This document shows, piece after piece, positions 20,109 to 29,274 of a stretch of 64,000 bases of DNA. The notes beneath the pieces are model-generated. The model searched no databases. It saw nothing but the letters and a program-made list of their open reading frames with translations, and was not told where the DNA came from. Numbering within the stretch: the first letter of the stretch is position 1; the number at the start of each line of letters is the position of its first letter. The stretch spans positions 544,001 to 608,000 of the forward strand of contig CAWBOS010000006.1 in NCBI GenBank assembly GCA_963790475.1, read 5' to 3'. This DNA comes from an uncultured delta proteobacterium (GTDB taxonomy: Bacteria > Desulfobacterota > RBG-13-43-22). Made by a program: the position numbers and the translations under genes.

Positions 20109-22212
20109 ATGGATATGAGAAAAGAAATTTATAGCCTTTGCTTTATGTGTTCAGTCCGTTGTCCGATTCAGGTGACCGTGGAGAAGGGAAAGATCGTTTG
20201 GCTACAGGGGAATCCTCATGTGCCGGGGATTGATGGGGCCATGTGTGCCAAAGGATCTGCCGGGCTGATCATGCAAAACGATGCAGAACGTCCCCCACTA
20301 TCCCATGATACGCATCGGCCCTCGGGGGTCAGGGCAGTGGAAGCAGGCCACTTGGGAAGAGGCCCTAAATTTCATAGCCGACAAGCTGAAAGAGATCATC
20401 AGACAATACGGCCCCCAAAGTGTGGTTTGGGGAGAGCGGGCCAATTTGATCACCGACCTGAGCAAAACTTTTATGAAGGCCCTGGGCTCCCCCAATCATT
20501 TCACCCATGACAGCCTGTGTAAAGGCTCCCTGAATACGGCCTTCCGTTCACTGACCGGCTATCCGGACACCCGGATCGGCCTCGATTATAAAAATACGCG
20601 CCATATCGTTTTGTACGGCCGGAATATTTTTGAATCCCTGGAGATCAAAGCGGTCAATCAACTGATGGAAGCCCTGGATAAGGGGGCCAAAATGACTTAT
20701 CTCGATCCGAGAGTCACGGTCACCGCTGCCAAGTCCCATCGGTATCTCCAGATTCGTCCGGGGACTGACCTGGCCTTCAATTACGCCTTGATACATGTCA
20801 TCCTCAAAGAAAATCTCTATGACCGGGATTTTGTAAGCCGCTGGATTTCCGGTTTTAAGGAACTTCGGATTTTTGTTGAGCCCTACACTCCTGAATGGTC
20901 TGAAAAGGAAACCGAAATCCCGGCCCAGCAAATCATCGACCTGGCCCGAGAGATGAGTGCCGTCAAACCGGCCTGCATTTTCCACTTCGGGTACCGCGCC
21001 TCCCACCATACCTATGAATGTTATTTCCGGCGCTCTATTATCATCTTAAACGCCCTGATGGGGAGTATCGAGGCCAAGGGAGGTTTGTTCATTAAGAAAG
21101 ACTTGAGGGATGTCGGGATTAAAGGGGTCCGGAGATTCGCCGAAGGAGATTTTCCCAAACCCCAGGCCGACCGATTTGACGGTGCCGGAAATAAAAAATT
21201 TCCCATCGTTGATCCGGGCAATGGAGTGGCCCAGATGTTCCCTTTGGCCGTCCTGAAGGAAGATCCTTATCCGATCAAGGCTTTTTTTTGTTACCGCTTT
21301 GAACCTTTTCATTCCCTCCCGGATCAGAACCTGACTAAAAAAGCCCTTGAGAAACTGGACCTCATCGTGGTCATAGATATCAATTACAGCGAGACGGCCT
21401 GGAACGCCGATGTGATTCTGCCGGAATCCACCTACCTGGAAAGAACCGATCCGGTGCAGATGGTCCCGGGCCTGAAACCTCAAATTTTCTTGCGACAGCA
21501 AGCGCTGCCTCCACGGTCCGACAGCAAACCCGGTTGGGAGATCCTCAAGGGATTGGCCGATCGTTTAGGAATAGGGGGGCATTTTCCTTTTAATACCATT
21601 GAAGAATTGCTGGAGATACAACTTCAAGACACCGGGGTGCGGAAAGAGGACTTTCAAAAGAAAGGCTTTGTTATTTTATCGGACAAAGAAATCTTTTGGG
21701 ATCGAAAAGAAGGGATCGAGTTCAAGACCCCTTCAGGAAAGATCGAACTGGTTTCCAGCTTATTGGAAGAAAACGGTTTTTCCTCTTTTCCACCTTATGA
21801 ACCGGTGCCGCCTCCTTCCGAGGGTTGTTTTCGATTAACCGTTGGGCGATGTGCGGTTCATACCCATGGGTCCACGGAAAACAATCCCTATTTAAATGAA
21901 CTGGTGCCGGAAAACCGGCTTTGGATCAACACCCAGGCTGCTCAAGGATTGGGTATTCAAGACGGCGACCTGGTTGAAGTGGCTTCCAATCAGGGAAAGG
22001 AACGAATCCGGGCTTTGGTGACCGATTATATTCACCCGGAAGCGGTCTTTATGCTTCACGGATTCGGGCGCCGGGTACCGGCCCAAACCCGTTGTCTCAA
22101 TCGCGGGGCTTGTGACGCCGTGCTTCAGGAAAACATCTCCGATCCGGTAGGGGGAAGCCCGGCGTTGCATCATACTCTGGTGACCATAAGACCGTTGATG
22201 AAAGATACATAA
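20109..22212 (+). CDS. Mo/W-bisPGD oxidoreductase catalytic subunit, PsrA/PhsA-like, no Tat leader (frameshift at C5 20292-20296)
   Basis: CFMCSVRC...CAKG FS0 motif; THDSLC putative Cys ligand; ADVILPESTYLER; HTHGST. Confidence 0.85.
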
Positions 22213-22227
22213 ATACATAGATACATA

Positions 22228-22369
22228 GAGACCTTTGAAAAATGTCCGATTTTGGTCAAGGTCAAGGAAGCCGAAAATTTCAACCGCAGGGATATATGAA
22301 ATATTTCGAGGATTGAAATTAGAGCCTGACGCAGAGATTGGGCAAAAGGGGGCATTTTTCAAAGGTCTC
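22228..22369. mobile_element. 142-bp MITE, copy 2, with 5-bp flanking duplication ACATA
   Basis: Perfect IR GAGACCTTTGAAAAATG / CATTTTTCAAAGGTCTC; ACATA at 22223-22227 and 22370-22374. Confidence 0.85.
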
Positions 22370-22382
22370 ACATAGGAAGTGT

Positions 22383-22895
22383 ATGAGTCAATACTATCTA
22401 TCCCATGACCCCAATAAATGCATTGCCTGCTATTCTTGTGAGGTGCATTGCAAAACCAAAAACGGCCTGCCGGTTGGGCCGCGTTTTTGCCAAATCATGA
22501 CGGTCGGTCCTAAAATGGTGGGGGGGCTTCCGCGACTGGGGTTGGTCTTTATGCCCTGTTTCCATTGCGAGAAACCCTGGTGTGTGGCCGCTTGTCCCAC
22601 CGGGGCCATGCAGAAAAGGGCCAAGGACGGAATAGTCTTTGTGGAAGCGGCCCTATGCGTAGGATGTAAATGCTGCATCACGGCCTGTCCCTGGGGGGCA
22701 CCACAGTGGAATCCCGAAACCCGTAAAACGGTTAAATGCGATTACTGCCTGGATCGGGTCGATGCCGGTCTTAAACCGGCCTGCGTGACCAAGTGTGTCA
22801 CCCATTGCCTGGATTTCGGAATCATAACCGATGATACCAGCCAAAAAAAAAGGGATTTCTTTGCCAAGGCCCTGGCCTTTGAATTAATGGATTGA
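22383..22895 (+). CDS. 4x4Fe-4S electron-transfer subunit (PsrB/DmsB-like)
   Basis: CIACYSCEVHC, CFHCEKPWCVAACP, CVGCKCCITACP, KCDYC; true start is the ATG at 22383 after the MITE. Confidence 0.9.
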   Translation: MSQYYLSHDPNKCIACYSCEVHCKTKNGLPVGPRFCQIMTVGPKMVGGLPRLGLVFMPCFHCEKPWCVAACPTGAMQKRAKDGIVFVEAALCVGCKCCITACPWGAPQWNPETRKTVKCDYCLDRVDAGLKPACVTKCVTHCLDFGIITDDTSQKKRDFFAKALAFELMD

Positions 22896-22918
22896 ATCAA
22901 TAGAAAGAGAATGGCGTT

Positions 22919-24360
22919 ATGAGTACAAAAATTGGGATCATCGGGGCCGGGCCGGGGGGCTATATCGCCGCCATTAGGGCCGCTCAATTGGGGGCCCAGG
23001 TTACGGTCATCGAGCAGGAAGCTATCGGTGGTACCTGCCTGAACTGGGGTTGTATCCCAACCAAGACCATCAGAACGACAGCCGAACTCATTGAACAATT
23101 TCACCGGGCGAAAGAATTCGGCATCGATCTGGAAGGCAGTTTCCGGCCCAACATGGAACGGATCATGACCCGAAAAAATGAGGTCATCCGGACTTTGGCC
23201 CAGGGGATCAAGAAAATATTTGAGAGTTATAAAATTCAATATATAAAGGGGACGGCCTTCATTGAGGATCCCAAGAGAATTTTGGTAACAGGCCGGGATG
23301 AAAAAACACTGGCAATCGAAGCGGACAAGATCATCATCGCCTCGGGCTCAAAGCCCCTGGTCTTTCCGGCCTTTCCCTTTGACGGCCAATACATCCTTTC
23401 CAGCACTGACGCCTTATTATTGCAGGAAATCCCCGAATCCATTTTAATCATAGGCGGAGGGGTAATCGGCTGTGAATTCGCTTTCATTTTTAAGGCCCTG
23501 GGCAGCCAGGTGACCGTGGTGGAGGCCTTACCGCGAACGCTCGGCCTCCCCTCCATCGACAACGATTGTTCGACCATCATCCAGCGGGAGATGAAAAAAC
23601 GAAAAATAAAAGTCATTCTTGACAAAACAGTAGAGAAGACCGAGATTCAAAACGGCCGGGTCCGAGTGACTATCGGTCCCTCTCCCTTTCTCAAGGAAGT
23701 TAAAGAAAAAGACCGCACCCCTTTGGAAACGGAAGTGCAGAAGGTCCTGGTTTCCATCGGGAGGGAGTCCAATGCCGAGGCCTTGGGTTTGAATCGGCTC
23801 GGGGTGGAACTGGATTCAAAAAGTTGGATCAAAGCCAACGAACGGCTGGAGACCAATGTTGACGGTATTTATGCCATCGGCGACGCCCTGGGTCCTTCAA
23901 AAATAATGCTGGCCCATGCGGCTTCCACCGAAGGGATCATTGCCGTTGAAAACATAATGGGTCATGACCGGACCATGAATTATGAACTGGTCCCATCAGC
24001 CATTTTTACCTTTCCGGAGGTGGCCGATGTGGGGCTGACCGAATCCCAGGCCAAGGAAAGGGGACATGAGGTGCGCTCCGACAGTTTTCAATTTCGAACG
24101 TTGGGCAAACCCCAGGCCATGGGTGAGATCGTCGGCCAGGTCAAGATCGTTTCCGAGTCCCGAAATGGGAAAATTCTGGGAGTCCATATCGTCGGCCCCC
24201 AGGCCACGGACCTCATTGCCGAAGGGACCCTGGCCATCCGGTTGGGGGCCACGGTCGAAGACCTGGCCCATACCATCCATGCCCATCCCACTTTGGCCGA
24301 AGCCCTGATGGAAACGGCCCCAAGGCCATGGGGGCCGGTATGCATGGGTTGAAAGACTGA
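22919..24360 (+). CDS. lpdA: Dihydrolipoamide dehydrogenase (likely frameshift near 24320; corrected end KAMGAGMHGLKD)
   Basis: GAGPGG, GGTCLNWGCIPTK, GGGVIGCE and HAHPTLAE motifs. Confidence 0.92.
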
Positions 24361-24433
24361 AATTGGCGTTTGGTAAATCAACATCGACGAAGTTTTGTCA
24401 ATCTTTCTATGACTACCGAAAATTCCCCGGCCC

Positions 24434-24472
24434 GTCACCTCGGCGAAAGCCGGGGTCCAGTCCGGAATGACG
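24434..24472. repeat. GTCATTCC-family palindromic repeat
   Basis: GTCACCTCGGCGAAAGCCGGGGTCCAG...CCGGAATGAC. Confidence 0.55.
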
Positions 24473-24959
24473 GAAATGGGCTTTTGATGTATTATTCGAA
24501 TGCAACTGAATCTTATGACCATTGCCAAATGCGAAGAGAAATCCGTTTCCGTCGCCATTGAGGAAATTGAGCCGGCCCAGTGGGCTGAAAAGGTGTACCG
24601 GCCTGATATTCTGGATAACGAAGTCAACCTCTATGAAAAATGGGCTATGATCCTTTTGGATAGGTCCGAAGATAAACCAGCCCGAAAGCCATAGACGGAA
24701 AATACAGCCCGACCAGGTCTATATTACAATTTGATCTTTCCTGTCTTAAATTGTCCCGACCAGTATTTGGGTTGATGTACAGTGCCCAATTCTTCTTGCG
24801 GCTTACACCTACCTAATGTTTTAAAAAAACAGCCCCGAGACTCAACGATTACGATTAGAACTCTGCAATCTAACCCCCCATCGTATGAAGAGGCAACGAA
24901 GATCTTTACAATTTGTTTTGAGGCGATAAAGGATTAGGGCTTTATTTCGGAAATAGGAT

Positions 24960-26480
24960 TTAACTTATTTGAAATAGGTAATCACTTATTTGAAAAAGAG
25001 TAAGCCCCTTTTGACGTAATTTTTCTGCTACCTTTGAATCCAGGCAATAAACCGATAATCCATACGGAACCTGAACCCTTTCCTCAGGCAAATAAAGGGG
25101 GGCCTTTTTATAAACATATTTTTGTATTGCTTCTGGGTCAAAATGAAAATTAAGAAATATATTTCGTTTTTCTTCAATTCCCAATCCAATAAAGTAATAC
25201 CAGAAAGTTTCTGATATTTCGTAATTTTCTGCTGATACAATTAATGAATTTTTCCCAACTTTATTTATAATTGTCTCAACAAATATTTTTTCTTGAAAAT
25301 GAGTTCGAAGTGAAATCTTTGAATAATTTGTAAAGAAGAACCAAACAGGAAAGATAAATATAAGCACATAAGAAATTATCTTAAGGGGATACCATCTTAT
25401 TAAATGTTTCCATAAGGCTGATAGTCCGGCAGCAATAACTAATGTTATTATGAAATAACTGGGTATAAAATAGACAAAAATATCTCCAATAGCATAATTT
25501 AAGGCATAAAATAAATTGCCGAGAAAAACGAGCACAATGAAAAGCAATAATTTACTTTTTTTAATATTCCATAGTCCGATTAGGAATAATGGAAGAAGAA
25601 AATGGAATTCATTTTTAACCAATCTAAAATACATTGGAATTTGTTCATAAATGAATTGGTGAAAAGTATAAGCAAACATTCTATTCTTGAATTGAGCCCC
25701 AGTAACATACCATAATAAAGTTTTCAAATCCGGGGTTGCCATTTCGACATATGTTTTTCGGGGAGAATAATAAACTATAAAAAGATACGAATACTGGAGA
25801 ATCCCAAGACAGACCATGAGAAATATAAATGATATTATCTTATATTTAACAAATATGGTTTTGTCTGTCTGCAAAATCAAAATAAATATCGCAGGCAACA
25901 TGGTAATCATCGTTAAATGATTACCAAACGAGAAAGCATAAAATCCTAAGGCCAAAAAAAGATGTTTGTTCAAAAGAGACTGATGCCATAATATTAGATA
26001 TTTTGTTACCAAGACAACGAACAGCAGGTTAAGCGTATAAACCTCGGCAATAATTGACTGAGACCAAAGAGTGTAAGTGAAACCAAAAACCAAACAAGAA
26101 CTTATTGAAATTGATCGGTTAAAATTAAGAATTAATAATATGTGGTAGGTAAAAACAAGGCTTAATGACGCATAAATTGCCGAAAGGAGATTTGCTTTGA
26201 AGGCTAAAGATCCGAATGGGAAAAGATGAGTGAACAGAAAGTTTAATAAAATATATAATGGATATCCCGTTGCGTGAGGAGTCCCAAGGACATAACCTAC
26301 AAATTGAAATTTAGCCGTATCTCCTTGGCCAACATTTGGTAACAGAGAAAAATAATAACCTAAGAAACTAATTCCAAAAATCAAAAGGGATTCAAATTTT
26401 TTCCCCCAGTTTGAAAGTTGTTTATCATAGATATTGCTCATATAACTTATTGAATCAGGTAAACCAGCTTCTTCCTTCAC
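24960..26480 (-). CDS. DUF2723/TMEM260-like GT-C membrane glycosyltransferase (AT-rich)
   Basis: GDTAKFQ, LGTPHATGYPLY, WSQSIIAEVYTLN, GNH motifs; multiple TM helices. Confidence 0.8.
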   Translation of the reverse strand: MKEEAGLPDSISYMSNIYDKQLSNWGKKFESLLIFGISFLGYYFSLLPNVGQGDTAKFQFVGYVLGTPHATGYPLYILLNFLFTHLFPFGSLAFKANLLSAIYASLSLVFTYHILLILNFNRSISISSCLVFGFTYTLWSQSIIAEVYTLNLLFVVLVTKYLILWHQSLLNKHLFLALGFYAFSFGNHLTMITMLPAIFILILQTDKTIFVKYKIISFIFLMVCLGILQYSYLFIVYYSPRKTYVEMATPDLKTLLWYVTGAQFKNRMFAYTFHQFIYEQIPMYFRLVKNEFHFLLPLFLIGLWNIKKSKLLLFIVLVFLGNLFYALNYAIGDIFVYFIPSYFIITLVIAAGLSALWKHLIRWYPLKIISYVLIFIFPVWFFFTNYSKISLRTHFQEKIFVETIINKVGKNSLIVSAENYEISETFWYYFIGLGIEEKRNIFLNFHFDPEAIQKYVYKKAPLYLPEERVQVPYGLSVYCLDSKVAEKLRQKGLTLFQISDYLFQIS

Positions 26481-26713
26481 TACAGGTTGATATTTTTTAT
26501 CTCAGTTAGCAGTATGTATTCCCGGTGGTGCTACGATATTTGGACCAAGCATCCGATGACTTCAATACTCCCAGAAGAGAAAATCCGTATTTCTTTTTTC
26601 CATATCACAATTATTGGGGAAATACTATGAAGGAATACGGTTTGAACTCTACTGTTTTATTCAAAAGGGGAGGTTGAGGACTACAGGAAGCTGTCAACAC
26701 CCTTCTGCTCTAT

Positions 26714-27049
26714 CTAAACATGAGCAGCTTTACCCAAAACCTCTTCTGCCCATTGATTAAGACTTTTGCCTGAGGTTTTTGCCATGGCAAGAGCTTTGGC
26801 ATGTGTCTCAGGAGAAACGCGGAGCATCATCTTGCCGGATGCTGCCTTCAAGGGTTTGCGGCCTGTGGCTGCGCAATCTGCGATATAATGATCAATAGCG
26901 GCCTGGAAGTCACCCCGGAGCTTTTTTACGGTTTCTCCCTGGAAGGTTATGTTATCGACAATTCCTATAATTTTTCCGGTAAAGATATTGTCCCTTTGAT
27001 CAAATTCGATTCGTGCCGTATACCCTTTATAGGTCATTATGTTCTTCAT
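26714..27049 (-). CDS. hicB: HicB-family antitoxin
   Basis: MTYKGYTARIEFD...ITFQGETV...SGKMMLRV...SLNQW; GGAGG RBS. Confidence 0.88.
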   Translation of the reverse strand: MKNIMTYKGYTARIEFDQRDNIFTGKIIGIVDNITFQGETVKKLRGDFQAAIDHYIADCAATGRKPLKAASGKMMLRVSPETHAKALAMAKTSGKSLNQWAEEVLGKAAHV

Positions 27050-27093
27050 GGTGTTACCTCCAATTGTCTTAGCCACTCCCGCAGTTCTTCAAT
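27046..27093 (-). pseudogene. hicA: 3' remnant of hicA toxin
   Basis: IEELREWLRQLEVTP* overlaps the hicB ATG (ATGA); the upstream part is absent. Confidence 0.6.
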
Positions 27094-27442
27094 GTCGAAA
27101 AATACAATTCCTCCTCGTGTAGTAACTTAGGAATAGAATTCTACTCAAACTGGATAGAATATTTCGTAATAGCTTAGATAATTAAAACAACTATTTTCAC
27201 CGCTGAGACGCCGAGGGCGCAGAGATGAAATATTTTTTTCCTTTCTGTTGAGAGGCCAGAAAGGAAAAAACTTTCGCTACCCTACGGGTAATGATTTGGC
27301 CGAAGGCCAGAGCTGGTTTAAACAATCCCGCTTCTCACGGGATTGAACAAAAATGATTCTCTCTGCGTCCTTTGCGTCTGGTTTATTGTTGTCAAGAGTT
27401 TTTTAAATATTATTAAACAAACTGGTAACTATCTTAGAGTGA

Positions 27443-27590
27443 CACCTTGCCCAACTCTGGTAATTTGAGAGTCTCAACAGAGCTCTAACCTTGCTTTATT
27501 GGGGTTAAGGTGCAAGCGGAGAGTTATTTAAGCTCTGCGAGAAGGTCGACTTAGTCGCCTTAGATGCCGCAAACGATAATCTCTCCGCTT
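27443..27590 (-). ncRNA. Predicted IS110 bridge RNA (target-binding and donor-binding loops)
   Basis: Two stem/internal-loop/hairpin modules; loop sequences CGGCAUCU/CGCAGAG match the target and AGCAAGGU/ACCAG match the donor. Confidence 0.8.
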
Positions 27591-27605
27591 ACACGCTAAG
27601 AAGGT

Positions 27606-28865
27606 CTAAGCAGCCAGTTTTAACGTTGCTCCTTTTGAATAATTTTCCATATATTCGTTATGATCACGCACCAAGGCAAAAATAACACCGAGAAGCTTCC
27701 GGGCAATGGCTACCAGGGCCTTGATCTTGGGCATTCCTTGATCCAGATGCCTTTGATAGGCCGTATGCATCACTCCCCCTTTTCGAACCGTATTGATAGC
27801 GGCAAAAAAGAGGATTTTCCTAAGAAGCGACCGGCCTCTTTTGGATATATGACGATTCCCTTGGTGCCTTCCAGAACTGATTTCAAAGAGGTTCAGTCCG
27901 GCCAACTTCAGGACTTCAGCCAGCGTATGAAATTTACGAAAATCCCCGACTTCTCCAATCAGTCCGGCGGTGGTAACCTCTCCTATCCCTTTCAAGGACA
28001 GAATCGAATGACTATAGGGGATCTCGGGAAGAAGGGCCGCCATCTCCTGTTCCGCCTTCTCAATAAACTGGTCAGAAGATTCAATCTCAGAAAGAAGTTC
28101 TCGTATCTCAAAAAGAATCGCCTTGCGGCCTTCTTGAAGACCTACGGAATGGCCAGCGGCCGCATAAAGGGCCGGGGCTCGCTCTTTATCCAGCTTCCCT
28201 CGGCTAACCCGTCTCAGCGTGGCCCTCAAGGTCCCAAGACCACATTGGATAATATCTTCCGGGCACGGATAATGCCGCAACAGATATTGGGCACTGCGGG
28301 TTTTAATATTCTTCATCACTTGCAGAAACTCGGGGAAGACAATAAAGACCAAATCCTGAATCTGGTTCAAAAGGCCCGTTCGTCTTCGTATGGCTCTCTC
28401 CCTGGCATGGGTCAGTCGGCGAAGTTCAGCTGCCGCGCCTTCGGGAATGACCACGGTAAGGGCATGACCCAGCTCAATAATATCCGCAATGACTTTGGGA
28501 TCTTTCCTATCCGTCTTATTGGGCGAGTTACCCTGGACTTCCTTCAACTTCTTCGTATGCATAGGATTAACCTGAACCAGTGTCACCGGCCGTTTCATCA
28601 GAAAATGTTGCAAGGGTTCTCCATAAGACCCGGTGGATTCAAAACCAACCACGATTTCTTCCAAGTGATTGGCCTCTTTGGCCTCAACCATCCGATTCCA
28701 AAATTTCGTAAATCCTTGATCATTATTGAAAAACTCAAAAGGTTTGATTTCCGTCCGGTCTGGACAGCGGCCATATCCCATATTGGTCGTTTTGCCTATG
28801 TCCACGGTACCGATAAGGGTTTTTTCATTGACCTTCTTAAGTTTTTTTGTTTCAATCTTATTCAT
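27606..28865 (-). CDS. IS110-family DEDD transposase/recombinase
   Basis: VDIGK, FESTG, KTDRKD (DEDD); GIGEVT; SSG catalytic-Ser motif; ISKRGRSLLR; AAGGAG RBS. Confidence 0.95.
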   Translation of the reverse strand: MNKIETKKLKKVNEKTLIGTVDIGKTTNMGYGRCPDRTEIKPFEFFNNDQGFTKFWNRMVEAKEANHLEEIVVGFESTGSYGEPLQHFLMKRPVTLVQVNPMHTKKLKEVQGNSPNKTDRKDPKVIADIIELGHALTVVIPEGAAAELRRLTHARERAIRRRTGLLNQIQDLVFIVFPEFLQVMKNIKTRSAQYLLRHYPCPEDIIQCGLGTLRATLRRVSRGKLDKERAPALYAAAGHSVGLQEGRKAILFEIRELLSEIESSDQFIEKAEQEMAALLPEIPYSHSILSLKGIGEVTTAGLIGEVGDFRKFHTLAEVLKLAGLNLFEISSGRHQGNRHISKRGRSLLRKILFFAAINTVRKGGVMHTAYQRHLDQGMPKIKALVAIARKLLGVIFALVRDHNEYMENYSKGATLKLAA

Positions 28866-29274
28866 GGCTATACTCCTTTCCTTGGTTTGGGTTTAACCAA
28901 CTTGCAAATTGGACCTCAAATCAAGAAAGAGTATAGCCTTTTTTGTACGGCTTAACTACTTTCTAAAATATAGCAAGCTCTGCGGTGAATAAAATTTTGT
29001 TCCGGCTTGTCCGGGTTAGGGACTGCAAAGATCGTTTCAAAAACGCGTCGGTGTTTTGCCTTCATACCAAGCTCATAGCACTTTAACCTGGTTCGTGCAA
29101 GCAATATTTGATAGCGTAAAGTCCAAACAACCCGATAACGCTATGGAAAAATTATTACTTCAAATACACTAACTTCATGCCTACCAGTGAGAGATGCACA
29201 GCGGTCGTTTTCTTTTTCTCCTTGATCCGTCATTTCCCCTGTTTTATACTCTCTCCAATATCAAAGGAGAGCTT

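Larger units (their letters stand above)
27378..28979 (-). mobile_element. IS110-family insertion sequence with CT core at both junctions
   Basis: CT at 27378-79 and 28978-79; removal restores the palindrome; joining the ends gives TTGACA-17 bp-TATATT. Confidence 0.92.
27196..28989. repeat. ~190-bp structured REP-like element, copy 2, split by IS110 (27196-27379 + 28980-28989)
   Basis: Left arm CACCGCTGAGACGCCGAGGGCGCAGAG; the right arm reassembles as CTCTGCGTCCTTTGCGTCT|CTGCGGTG once the IS is removed. Confidence 0.85.

Noticed and set aside
20109-20510. Split Mo-enzyme gene or programmed frameshift
   Set aside because: One extra C in a homopolymer explains it, consistent with the other indels; no slippery heptamer seen
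22338-22382. N-terminal extension of the Fe-S subunit in the ORF track
   Set aside because: Derived from the MITE; the true start is the ATG at 22383
24500-24694. 64-aa ORF after lpdA
   Set aside because: Starts at the edge of a repeat, has no clear RBS or motif; possibly a gene fragment
27660-28955. 431-aa plus-strand ORF
   Set aside because: Antisense shadow of the IS110 transposase; no recognisable motifs
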